DNA of 64,000 nt. Source: an uncultured Actinomycetota bacterium. Its GTDB lineage: Bacteria > Actinomycetota > Actinomycetes > Streptosporangiales > Streptosporangiaceae. The notes beneath the pieces are model-generated. The model was not told where the DNA came from. It saw only the letters and a program-made list of their open reading frames with translations, and did not search any database. The stretch spans positions 51,959 through 115,958 of the forward strand of contig CAVZKE010000029.1 in NCBI GenBank assembly GCA_963775745.1, in the 5' to 3' direction. This document shows positions 41,555 to 50,265 of the stretch, in pieces. The stretch's first letter is position 1. Each line of letters begins with the position of its first letter. The translations under genes and the position numbers were made by a program.

Positions 41555-42469
41555 GTGAGCGATCTGCCGGAACGGATATCGGTGCGCGAGGTCGGGCCGC
41601 GTGACGGGCTGCAGAACGAGGATCCGGTGCCGACCGAGGCCAAGATCGAGCTGATCGACCGGCTGTCCGCGACCGGCGTGCGGCGGATCGAAGCGGTTTC
41701 GTTCGTGCGCCCGGAGGCGATACCCCAGATGGCCGACGCCGACGAGGTCTGGCGCCGGATCGCCCGGGCGCCTTCGGTACGGTACTCGGCCCTGGTGCCG
41801 AACCTGCGCGGGGCCACCCGGGCCCTGGCCAGCGGGCTCACCGAGCTCGAGGCCGTGGTGTCGGCATCGGACACCCACAACCGCAAGAACGTAAACCGGG
41901 GCACCGAGGAGTCACTGGACGACATCGCGGTCATCATCGACCAGGCGCATCAGCGCGGGGCGACCTGCCAGGTGATCGTGTCGACCGCCTGGGGCTGCCC
42001 GTACGAGGGCGACGTCCCGGTGGAGCGGGTGGTCAGGGTGGCCGGACGGGCGGTAGCGGACGGAGCCGACACGATCTCGTTTGGCGACACCACCGGGATG
42101 GCCACCCCGCGGCGGGTCCGCGAACTGGTCGGCGAGTTCCGGTCCGGTTATCCGGACGTGCCGCTCAACCTGCATTTCCACAACACCCGGGGCACCGGGC
42201 TGGCCAACGTGCTGGCCGCGCTCGAACTCGGGGTGTCGGACTTCGACGCCTCGGTTGGCGGCCTGGGGGGCTGCCCGTACGCGCCGGGCGCGACCGGCAA
42301 CATCGCGACCGAGGAACTCGTGTACATGGTCGAGGACATGGGCGTCGCGACCGGCATCGACCTGGACGCGATGATCGACGCTGCCGCCGACGCCGAGCGG
42401 ATCATCGGCCGTCAGCTGCCCTCCCAGGTGCTCAGGGCCGGGCCGCGCTCTCGCACGATCGGGGCCTGA
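41555..42469 (+). CDS. hydroxymethylglutaryl-CoA lyase
   Basis: 304 aa. VREVGPRDGLQNE...SFVRPE...ISFGDTTGMATP...LHFHNTRGTGLANVLAAL...GGLGGCPYAPGATGN. Confidence 0.9.
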   Translation: MSDLPERISVREVGPRDGLQNEDPVPTEAKIELIDRLSATGVRRIEAVSFVRPEAIPQMADADEVWRRIARAPSVRYSALVPNLRGATRALASGLTELEAVVSASDTHNRKNVNRGTEESLDDIAVIIDQAHQRGATCQVIVSTAWGCPYEGDVPVERVVRVAGRAVADGADTISFGDTTGMATPRRVRELVGEFRSGYPDVPLNLHFHNTRGTGLANVLAALELGVSDFDASVGGLGGCPYAPGATGNIATEELVYMVEDMGVATGIDLDAMIDAAADAERIIGRQLPSQVLRAGPRSRTIGA

Positions 42470-42615
42470 GCGGCCGGTCAGCGAGCGAGTACACCTCCGC
42501 CGCACAGCTCACCGGCCAGGAATGGCGGAGATTGCCGAGAATGTTTGAGATTGCCGGTCAAGGAAACTTGGCGGGGCGGTCCGTACTTCTCCGGCGGGGG
42601 GATTGGAGCGGCAAC

Positions 42616-42789
42616 ATGTTCCGGCGCCCGTTCAGGCTCGTCTGGCTGATTTACATCATCATCGGCATCGCCATCGCGTGGGACCGTGGCTACATCACCG
42701 TGGCCCTGCTGAAGCTGCTGGTGTCCGCGCTACTGGTCATCTTGCTGTGGTGGCTGGTATTGCTCGGCGTCAATTTGCACATCCATTAG
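42616..42789 (+). CDS. small hydrophobic (2-TM) protein in a locally AT-richer stretch
   Basis: MFRRPFRLVWLIYIIIGIAIAWDRGYITVALLKLLVSALLVILLWWLVLLGVNLHIH, the internal Met of ORF 42532..42789. No family recognised. Confidence 0.45.
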   Translation: MFRRPFRLVWLIYIIIGIAIAWDRGYITVALLKLLVSALLVILLWWLVLLGVNLHIH

Positions 42790-42827
42790 CCGCCCCGGCG
42801 CATTGTTGAGCTGAGCGGCTCGGCCCG

Positions 42828-44440
42828 GTGCGGGCGGACCGCGGGACCGGGCGACTAGGTACGCTCGCGACCGTGGACGAAGAAGCGAACGCAGCAGGAA
42901 CCCAGGCCGCTGGCGCCCCCGGCCATCCTGAACTCGGGCAGATCCGGGAGCGGATCGAGGCGGGCGGGGCAGCCAGGTATCACCAGGCCGCGGCGGCCCA
43001 GGGCAAGCTGTTCGCCAGGGAGCGGATCGCGCTGCTCATCGACGAGGGCAGCTTCACCGAGGACGGCGCCTTCGCCAATGTGCTCGCCGACGGCCTGCCG
43101 GCGGACGGCGTGATCACCGGGACCGCCACCATCGGCGGGCGGCCGGTGGCGCTGATGGCGAACGACTCCACGGTCAAGGCGGGTTCGTGGGGCGCGCGCA
43201 CCGTGGAGAAGATCATCCGGATCATCGAGCGCGCCTACGGCTCCGGCATCCCCATGGTCTACCTGGTGGACTCGGCCGGGGCCCGGATCACCGACCAGGT
43301 CGACATGTTTCCCGGGCGACGCGGCGCCGGGAAGATCTTTCACACCCAGGTGCGCGCTTCCGGATCGATTCCCCAGGTGTGCGCCTTGTTCGGCCCGTCA
43401 GCGGCGGGCGGCGCCTACATTCCGGCGTTCTGCGACTTCGTCTCGATGGTGGACCAGAACGCCTCGATGTACCTGGGCAGCCCGCGGATGGTCGAGATGG
43501 TGGTCAAGGAGCAGACCACGCTGGAGGAGATGGGCGGCGCCCGGATGCACTGCACGGTGTCCGGCTGCGGCCACCACCTGGCCGGGACCGAGACCGAGGC
43601 GATCGAGGCGGTCCGCGGCTACCTGTCCTACCTGCCGGGCAACTGGCAGCGCCACCGCCGGCCGGGCTGGCCCGCGACCCCAAGCCCGCCGACCTGCGGG
43701 CCCTGGTGCCGGTCAGCGAGCGGCAGGCCTTCGATATGCGCCGCTACGTCCGCGGGCTGGTCGACGCCGATTCGCTGTTCGAGATCCACGCGTTGTGGGC
43801 CAGGGAGCTGGTCACCGGTTTCGCCCGGCTGGACGGCGAGGTCGTCGGCGTGGTCGCGAACAACCCGATGTTCAAGGGCGGGGTGCTGTTCGTCGACTCC
43901 GCGGACAAGGCGACCAGGTTCATCCAGCTCTGCGACGCCTTCAACGTGCCGCTGCTGTTCCTGGCCGACGTGCCCGGCTTCATGGTGGGCACCGCCGTCG
44001 AGCGCCAGGGCATCATCAGGCACGGCGCCAAGATGATCAGCGCGGTGGCAGAGGCCACGGTGCCGAAGATCTGCGTCGTGGTCCGCAAGGCCTACGGCGC
44101 TGGCCTGTACGCGATGGCCGGCCCGGGATTCGAGCCGGACGCCACCCTGGCGCTGCCCACCGCCAAGATCGCGGTCATGGGCGCCGAGGCCGCCGTCAAC
44201 GCGGTGTACTACAACAAGCTGGCCCAGATCGCTGATCCGGCGGAGAAGGAGCAGGAAACCCAGCGGCTGCGGACGGCTTATGACGATGACATCGACGTGC
44301 TGCGGCTGGCCGGCGAACTCGTGGTCGACAACGTGGTCGAGCCGGAGGATCTGCGGGCTGAACTTGCCCGCCGGTTTGCCATAGCGCGTGGTAAGGACCG
44401 GTCGTTCGCGCGCCGCCGGCACGGTGTCACGCCCGTCTGA
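42828..44440 (+). CDS. acyl-CoA carboxylase carboxyltransferase subunit (methylcrotonyl-CoA carboxylase beta-like); one frameshift near 43651
   Basis: ORF 42828..44036 (...GRPVALMANDSTVKAGSWG...GIPMVYLVDSAGARI...LFGPSAAGGAYIPAF...) continues in ORF 43187..44440 (...GVVANNPMFKGGVLFVDSADKATRFIQLCDAFNVPLLFLADVPGFMVG...). The switch lies at ...GNWQ / PPPAG..., in a C-run. Confidence 0.85.
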
Positions 44441-44554
44441 AATGGGCTACGCGTGACAGAATGCCCTGCTCAGCCGGGCAGAACGAGACCTCTACCGGGC
44501 AGTTCCTGCGCGTAGCGCACCGGAAAACTTGGCCGGTCCCCTTACGATCAGGTC

Positions 44555-45226
44555 ATGACCAGCGTTTTGCTTGCCGAGGATGACCCCGCCATTTCAGAGC
44601 CGCTCGCCCGGGCCCTGCGGCGGGAAGGCTACGACATCCAGGTTTCGGCCGACGGCCCGGCCACCCTCGAAGCCGCGCGGGGCGGCGGAATCGACCTGAT
44701 CGTGCTCGACATCGGGCTGCCCAGGCTCGACGGTCTGGAGGTGTGCCGCCGGATCCGGTCCAACGGACAGGCGATCCCGGTGCTGATCCTGACCGCCCGG
44801 GCTGACGAGGTGGACACCGTCATCGGCCTGGACGCCGGGGCCGATGACTATGTCACCAAGCCGTTCCGGCTGGCTGAGCTGCTGGCCAGGGTCCGGGCCC
44901 TGCTGCGGCGGGGCGCCTCGGAGACGCATGTTGTCCAGGGGGTGCGCATCGACGGCGACGCCCGCCGGGCCTGGCTGGACGACACCGAGATGGATCTGAC
45001 CTCGAAGGAGTTCGACCTGCTGTCGCTGCTGGTGGCGGAGGCGGGCAAGGTGGTCACCCGCGAGCAGATCATGCGCCAGGTCTGGGACAGCAAGTGGTGG
45101 GGCTCGACGAAGACGCTCGACATGCACGTCTCGTGGCTGCGCCGCAAGCTTGGTGATGACGCGCATAGCCCGCGTTTCATCACGACGGTCCGCGGGGTCG
45201 GGTTCAGGTTCGAGCGCGGGGACTGA
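44555..45226 (+). CDS. OmpR/PhoB-family response regulator
   Basis: 223 aa. LLAEDD...DLIVLDIGLPRLDG...ILTARADEVD...GADDYVTKPF plus a winged-helix C-terminus (TLDMHVSWLRRKL). Confidence 0.92.
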   Translation: MTSVLLAEDDPAISEPLARALRREGYDIQVSADGPATLEAARGGGIDLIVLDIGLPRLDGLEVCRRIRSNGQAIPVLILTARADEVDTVIGLDAGADDYVTKPFRLAELLARVRALLRRGASETHVVQGVRIDGDARRAWLDDTEMDLTSKEFDLLSLLVAEAGKVVTREQIMRQVWDSKWWGSTKTLDMHVSWLRRKLGDDAHSPRFITTVRGVGFRFERGD

Positions 45227-45297
45227 AACGGGATGCCGCGGGTGATGGCATGCTCCTGAGTTCAGGCGTAACCGCGGGCGGGCCCGGGGGCTGAGCC

Positions 45298-46572
45298 GTG
45301 CAGCGACGCCTGCTCGTTTCGACGCTCGCGGTCGCGGTGGTGGCCGTCCTGCTGCTCGGGCTGCCGCTGGCCTTCGTGCTCAGCCGCCTGCAAGCCGGCG
45401 AGGCATCGCAGGAATTGCGCCGGGACGCCACCACGCTGGCCACCGGCCTGCAGGAGCGGGTCAATTCCGGGCTGCCGGCCGACGCCGCCCAGATCGCCAA
45501 GTCGCTGCCCGATCGTTACGTCACCATCCGCCAGCGCGGCGCCCGGCTGATCTCGGTGGGCAGCAGGCCGCCGTCCCACGACACGATCACCGGGCGGGCT
45601 TCCAGCCGGGATTTCTCGGTCATGGTGGCGGCCGACGACTCGTTCGTGGCGGGCCGGATCGCGAGCGGCCTGGTGCTGATCGGATCGCTGTCGCTGCTGG
45701 CGGTGGCGGTCGCGGTGGTGCTGGCGCTGCTGCAGGCCAGGCGGCTCACCCGGCCGATGCTGGAACTGGCCCGGGCTGCTGACCTGCTCGGCTCCGGAGC
45801 AGCCCGGCCGCTTGGCCGCAGGTACGGGCTGCCGGAACTGGACCGGGTGGCGGAGGGCCTGGACGGCTCGGCGCAGCGCATCGCCGAGCTGCTGTCCGCC
45901 GAGCGTGCCTTCGCCGTGGACGCGTCCCATCAGCTGCGCACGCCGCTGACCGCGCTGTCGATGCGCCTGGAAGAGATGATCGCGGCCGCGAACTACCCGG
46001 ATGTGGTGCGCGAGGAGGGCGCCGCGGCCCTGACCCAGACCGAACGGCTGGCCGAGGTCGTTGGCCAGCTCCTGGGCCGGGCCCGCCGGTCGGTGGCGGG
46101 CACGCCCGCCCTGGCCAGCGTCGACGATACCGTGGCCCAGCAGGTGGTCGAGTGGGACCCGGCCTTCCGCCGGGTGGGCCGTAAGCTTGAGATCAGCGGC
46201 GAGAAGGGCCTGTATGCCTACGTCACGCCAGGCAGCGCCGCCCAGGTGATCGCCACCCTGCTGGATAACGCCCTGGTGCACGGCGCGGGAACGGTCACGA
46301 TCAGGACGTCGCAGACCCCGCGCTCGGTGGTGGTGGAGGTCAGGGACGAGGGCAAGGGCGTGCCGCCAGAACTGGTCCCGCGGATCTTCGAGCGCAGCGT
46401 GAGCGGGACGCCGGGCGGGACCGGGCTGGGGCTATCGCTGGCCCGGACGATGGCGGCCGCGGACGGCGGGCAGGTCGTGCTGGTGCGCCCGCGCCCGGCG
46501 GTATTCGCCGTGTTCTTCCCGCACGCGGCGCCCGCAGCAGGCGACGTGCCCGTGGTCAGCGGCCCGGCGTGA
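45298..46572 (+). CDS. sensor histidine kinase (2 TM, HAMP, HisKA, HATPase_c)
   Basis: 424 aa. H-box FAVDASHQLRTPLTAL, N-box LLDNALVHG, G-boxes DEGKGV and GGTGLGLSLA. Confidence 0.88.
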   Translation: MQRRLLVSTLAVAVVAVLLLGLPLAFVLSRLQAGEASQELRRDATTLATGLQERVNSGLPADAAQIAKSLPDRYVTIRQRGARLISVGSRPPSHDTITGRASSRDFSVMVAADDSFVAGRIASGLVLIGSLSLLAVAVAVVLALLQARRLTRPMLELARAADLLGSGAARPLGRRYGLPELDRVAEGLDGSAQRIAELLSAERAFAVDASHQLRTPLTALSMRLEEMIAAANYPDVVREEGAAALTQTERLAEVVGQLLGRARRSVAGTPALASVDDTVAQQVVEWDPAFRRVGRKLEISGEKGLYAYVTPGSAAQVIATLLDNALVHGAGTVTIRTSQTPRSVVVEVRDEGKGVPPELVPRIFERSVSGTPGGTGLGLSLARTMAAADGGQVVLVRPRPAVFAVFFPHAAPAAGDVPVVSGPA

Positions 46573-46590
46573 CCACCGTAGGCTACCGGC

Positions 46591-47724
46591 GTGAGCGGCG
46601 CTGATCCGGTGGTCGGAATGATCGGAGCCGGGCAGCTGGCCCGGATGACCTGCCAGGCTGCGCCGAGCTTGGGGATCGTGATGCGGGTGCTGGCCGGCGC
46701 GGCCGACGAGAGCGCGGCTCAGGTCTGCGCGCAGACCCGGCTCGGCGACTACCAGTCGCTGGGCGACCTGCGTGACTTCGCGGCCGACTGTGACGTGGTG
46801 ACGTTCGATCACGAGCATGTCCCCGCCGGCCACCTGCAGGCGCTGGAGCAGGCCGGTGTGGTGGTGCGTCCCGGATCGGCCGCGCAGCGCCACGCCCAGG
46901 ATAAGCAGGCGCTGCGGGACCAGCTGGCGCGGCTGGGCGTAGCCTGCCCGCGGTTCACCCCGGTGGCCAGCCTGGGCGAGGTGACCGGCTTCGCGGCGGG
47001 GGGCTGGCCGGTGGTCCTCAAGGCTGTCACCGGCGGGTACGACGGGCGGGGCGTGTGGGTCTGCCCGACGCCCGCCGCGGCGGCCGCGGTCCTGGCGGCC
47101 GGGCCGAAGCTGATCGCCGAGGAGTATGTGGCCTTCGAGCGCGAGCTTGCCGTGCTGGTGGCCCGCTCCCCGAGCGGCCAGGCCGCCGCTTACCCGGTGG
47201 TGCAGACCGTGCAGCAGGACGGGATCTGCCGCGAGGTGCTGGCGCCCGCGCCGGGGCTGGCGGAGCCTCGCGCCCTGGAGGCGCAGCGGCTGGGCATCGC
47301 CATCGCGGCCGAGCTCGGGGTGACCGGCCTGCTCGCGGTGGAACTCTTCGAGACCAGCGGCGGCCTGCTGGTCAATGAGCTGGCCATGCGGCCGCACAAC
47401 AGCGGGCACTGGACCATCGAGGGCGCCAGGACCTCGCAGTTCGAGCAGCACCTGCGGGCCGTCCTGGACCTGCCGCTCGGCGCGCCGACCCTGGCGGCAC
47501 CCGGAGCGGTCATGGTGAACGTGCTCGGTGGCGCCGATCCTGACCTGCACGCCAGGCTCATCCACGTGCTGGCCGCGGATCCGGGCCTGAAGGTGCATCT
47601 GTACGGCAAGGCCGTGCGGCCGGGGCGGAAGGTGGGGCATGTCACGGCGCTCGGCGACGACCTGAAGGTGGTCGCCGACCGGGCCCGCCGGGCGGCCAGC
47701 TACCTGAGCACGGGCGCTGAGTAA
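46591..47724 (+). CDS. purK: 5-(carboxyamino)imidazole ribonucleotide synthase
   Basis: 377 aa. [12 protein letters not shown]...TFDHEHVP...[19 protein letters not shown]...[13 protein letters not shown]...[15 protein letters not shown]. Confidence 0.92.
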   Translation: MSGADPVVGMIGAGQLARMTCQAAPSLGIVMRVLAGAADESAAQVCAQTRLGDYQSLGDLRDFAADCDVVTFDHEHVPAGHLQALEQAGVVVRPGSAAQRHAQDKQALRDQLARLGVACPRFTPVASLGEVTGFAAGGWPVVLKAVTGGYDGRGVWVCPTPAAAAAVLAAGPKLIAEEYVAFERELAVLVARSPSGQAAAYPVVQTVQQDGICREVLAPAPGLAEPRALEAQRLGIAIAAELGVTGLLAVELFETSGGLLVNELAMRPHNSGHWTIEGARTSQFEQHLRAVLDLPLGAPTLAAPGAVMVNVLGGADPDLHARLIHVLAADPGLKVHLYGKAVRPGRKVGHVTALGDDLKVVADRARRAASYLSTGAE

Positions 47725-47730
47725 CGGGAG

Positions 47731-48266
47731 GTGCGGGGGATGGGTGCTCAGGCGGAGGCCGGGCCGCCGCTGGTCGGCGTGGTCATGGGCAGCGATTCGG
47801 ACTGGCCGGTGATGGAGGCGGCGGTGATCGCGCTCGGCGAGTTCGGTGTGGCCTGCGAGGCCGACGTCGTCTCGGCGCACCGGATGCCGCGCGAGATGAT
47901 CGCCTACGGCAGCGATGCCGCCCGCCGGGGCCTGCGGGTCATCATCGCCGGGCCGGCGGTGCCGCGCACCTGCCCGGCATGCTGGCCGCCGTCACCCCGC
48001 TGCCGGTGATCGGGGTCCCGGTTCCGCTGGCGCACCTGGACGGGCTTGACTCGCTGCTGTCGGTGGTCCAGATGCCCGCTGGCATCCCCGTCGCGACCGT
48101 GGCGGTCGGCGGCGCGCGCAACGCAGGCCTGCTCGCGGTCCGGATCCTCGCCGCCTCGGACGAGAGCTTGCGGGCCCGGATGGTCGCGTTCCAGGACGAG
48201 CTGCGGGCGGCGGCGCAGCGCAAGGGCGCGGCGCTGCGCGAGCGGCTGAGCGGCTCGGGCGCCTGA
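47731..48266 (+). CDS. purE: N5-CAIR mutase; one frameshift near 47950
   Basis: [14 protein letters not shown]...VVSAHRMP...RVIIAG, then one frame over, (AGGAAHLPG)[15 protein letters not shown]...[26 protein letters not shown]. The shift sits at gccgggccggc, where gccggggccggc would restore the frame. Confidence 0.88.
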
Positions 48267-48295
48267 TCGCGGCGTGGCCCAACTACGATCGGGCT

Positions 48296-49465
48296 ATGAG
48301 CGTTGACTTTCCCGCGTTTGCCCTGACTCCGGAACTCCAGGCCCTCCGCGAGTCGGTGCGAGCCCTGGCTGATGAGAAAGTCGCCCCGTACGCGGCCAAG
48401 GCCGACGAGGCCGCGGCCTGGCCGCAGGAGGCGTATGACGCCCTGGTCCAGGCCGATCTGCAGGCCGTGCATATCCCGGAGGCCTACGGCGGCCAAGGTG
48501 CCGATGCCCTCGCCACCGTGATCGTCATCGAGGAGGTGGCGCGGGCCTGCGCATCGTCCGCGCTGATCCTCGCGGTCAACAAGCTCGGCACCGTACCGCT
48601 GCTGCTGGCCGGCTCGGAGGAACTCAGGCAGCGCTACCTGCGGCCGGTCGCCGACGGAGCGGCGGTGTTCGCCTACGCGCTGTCAGAACCCGAGGCAGGC
48701 TCCGATGCGGCCGCGATGAAGACGCGCGCCGTCCGGGACGGTGACAATTACGTTCTGAACGGGACCAAGCGCTGGATCAGCAACGCGGGCGTGGCCAGGT
48801 TCTACACAGTGATGGCCGTGACCGACCCGCAGGCCGGTCCCGCAGGGATCTCCGCGTTCGTGGTGGAAAAGGGTGATGACGGCTTCTCGTTCGGTGCGCC
48901 CGAGCACAAGCTGGGCATCAAGGGCTCGCCGACCAGGGAGCTGTACTTCGACAATTGCGTGATCCCGGCCGACCGCATGATCGGCCCGGAGGGCAGCGGC
49001 TTCCGTACCGCGCTGGCCACCCTGGACCACACCAGGATCACGATCGCGGCCCAGGCGCTGGGCATCGGCCAGGGGGCGCTGGACTACGCCATCGGCTACG
49101 TCAAGCAGCGGCAGCAGTTCGGCCGCGCGGTGGCGGAATTCCAGGGCGTGCAGTTCATGCTGGCCGACATGGCGATGAAGGTCGAGGCGGCCCGGCAGCT
49201 GACCTATGCGGCCGCCGCCCGCTCGGAGCGCGCGATGTCCGGCGAGCGCGTCCCCGACCTCACCTTCATGTCGTCGGCGTGCAAGTGCTTCGCCTCCGAC
49301 GCGGCGATGGACGTGACCACCGATGCGGTCCAGTTGCTCGGCGGCTACGGGTACGTGAGCGATTACCCGGTGGAGCGGATGATGCGGGACGCCAAGATCA
49401 CCCAGATCTATGAGGGAACGAACCAGATCCAGCGCGTTGTCATGGCCCGGCAGCTGCTGAAGTAG
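48296..49465 (+). CDS. acyl-CoA dehydrogenase (FadE25/isovaleryl-CoA dehydrogenase-like)
   Basis: 389 aa. AYALSEPEAGSDAA...GTKRWISNAG...QFGRAVAEFQGVQFMLADM...GGYGYVSDYPVERMMRDAKITQIYEGTNQIQRVVMARQLLK. Confidence 0.93.
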   Translation: MSVDFPAFALTPELQALRESVRALADEKVAPYAAKADEAAAWPQEAYDALVQADLQAVHIPEAYGGQGADALATVIVIEEVARACASSALILAVNKLGTVPLLLAGSEELRQRYLRPVADGAAVFAYALSEPEAGSDAAAMKTRAVRDGDNYVLNGTKRWISNAGVARFYTVMAVTDPQAGPAGISAFVVEKGDDGFSFGAPEHKLGIKGSPTRELYFDNCVIPADRMIGPEGSGFRTALATLDHTRITIAAQALGIGQGALDYAIGYVKQRQQFGRAVAEFQGVQFMLADMAMKVEAARQLTYAAAARSERAMSGERVPDLTFMSSACKCFASDAAMDVTTDAVQLLGGYGYVSDYPVERMMRDAKITQIYEGTNQIQRVVMARQLLK

Positions 49466-49636
49466 CGCGGCGGCCGGCGTTTCCGCTGGTCAGCGCCCTG
49501 GGCCTGGGGCCGCCCGCCCCGCCCAAGCGGGCGGGTCTGCAGGCGGTCATCGGGGCCGGGCGGCTCGGCGCTTTGCCCGTTGTTCCCGGTTGGTTCCCGT
49601 CGTTTCCCAACGCGGTGCTGGATCCGTGCTGACCCC
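49397..49636 (+). repeat. copy A (native) of the repeated gene-end module: the last 69 nt of the acyl-CoA dehydrogenase CDS plus about 170 nt downstream
   Basis: Aligned by eye to 52136-52373 and 56741-56976 (see findings). Confidence 0.9.
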
Positions 49637-49780
49637 CTGGGCGATCATGGCGTGCATATCTTGGCGCGGTGGCCGCGGCCATGGTTGTCGTTGCCGCAAG
49701 CTGTCCACGACGGCACTGAGTTCACCTGGGCGGCGGAACCGGATGTGGTGTCGCTAGATCCGCCGTGTGGAGACGCCCGA

Positions 49781-49855
49781 GGCGGACTGACACTCTTGAT
49801 AATGAGCGGTCTGTAAACCGTCGGCTCAGCCTACGCAAGTTCGAACCGCCACCAC
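49781..49855 (+). pseudogene. tRNA-Tyr(GTA)-like remnant, not foldable as an intact tRNA
   Basis: ggcggac...gagcggtCTGTAAaccgtcggctcagcctacgcaaGTTCGAAccgccACCA. It has an anticodon-loop-like CTGTAA(A), a long-variable-arm-like cggctcagcct, a T-loop GTTCGAA and a ccgcc-ACCA end pairing with 5' ggcgg. The D-arm and the 3' half of the T-stem are missing and the loop is 1 nt short. Confidence 0.35.
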
Positions 49856-50194
49856 CTGCGGAAACGGGCCGTGAGCTGGGATTTCCCGGCTATGCGGGCC
49901 GTTTCCTTTGTCCCGTGGCGTGTCACCTTGTAGCGCTGCGCGCCGGCGTGTTGCGGTGTCCACGGACATATAGCGGACGGGAATCGGGGCCAGGGAGCGG
50001 TGTGTCTAGCCGCTCGCTGGCGCGGATCTGCCCGCAGCGTGCCTGGGTCCGGGGTGTTCCGGCTCACGTTCGCTGCTGGCTCGCCCCGGCCGCGACGCCC
50101 GCTGATCCAGGCCGTGGCCGCGAGCTGCCCGAGCTGCTGCGCGGCCAGTGCCGCAGCCCGGCCTGGCTGGCCGGCAGGGCGGCAGACCGCTGAT

Positions 50195-50225
50195 TTGACC
50201 TTGACCCTGGGGGAAGCCGCACAGT
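50195..50225 (+). promoter_or_regulatory. candidate MerR-type promoter: TTGACC, a 19-nt spacer, then CACAGT upstream of the MerR-family gene
   Basis: ttgacc at 50195-50200 (duplicated at 50201-50206) and cacagt at 50220-50225. The GTG start at 50266 is preceded by GAGGGAG. Confidence 0.25.
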
Positions 50226-50265
50226 CTGGGGAGCCGGGTGTCGGCCCGGCACGAGGGAGCCGTCC

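Noticed and set aside
42521-42555. A 10-bp direct repeat (gagattgccg x2, 8-nt spacer) upstream of the small hydrophobic ORF.
   Set aside because: It is a single short pair with no supporting context and could be chance.
49440-49682. Minus-strand ORFs in all three module copies (49440..49682, 52162..52518, 56834..57031) share a peptide core: GNDGNQ(P/L)GTTG..P.RPA.
   Set aside because: Their N-termini start in unrelated island DNA. Their C-termini run antisense into the dehydrogenase gene end. Their lengths differ (80, 118 and 65 aa) and the shared part is low-complexity. The conservation is better explained at the DNA/RNA level. Ribosome profiling could reopen this.
49781-49855. I considered calling this an intact tRNA-Tyr gene.
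   Set aside because: No D-arm or complete T-stem can be drawn and the anticodon loop has 6 nt rather than 7. It is reported only as a low-confidence remnant.
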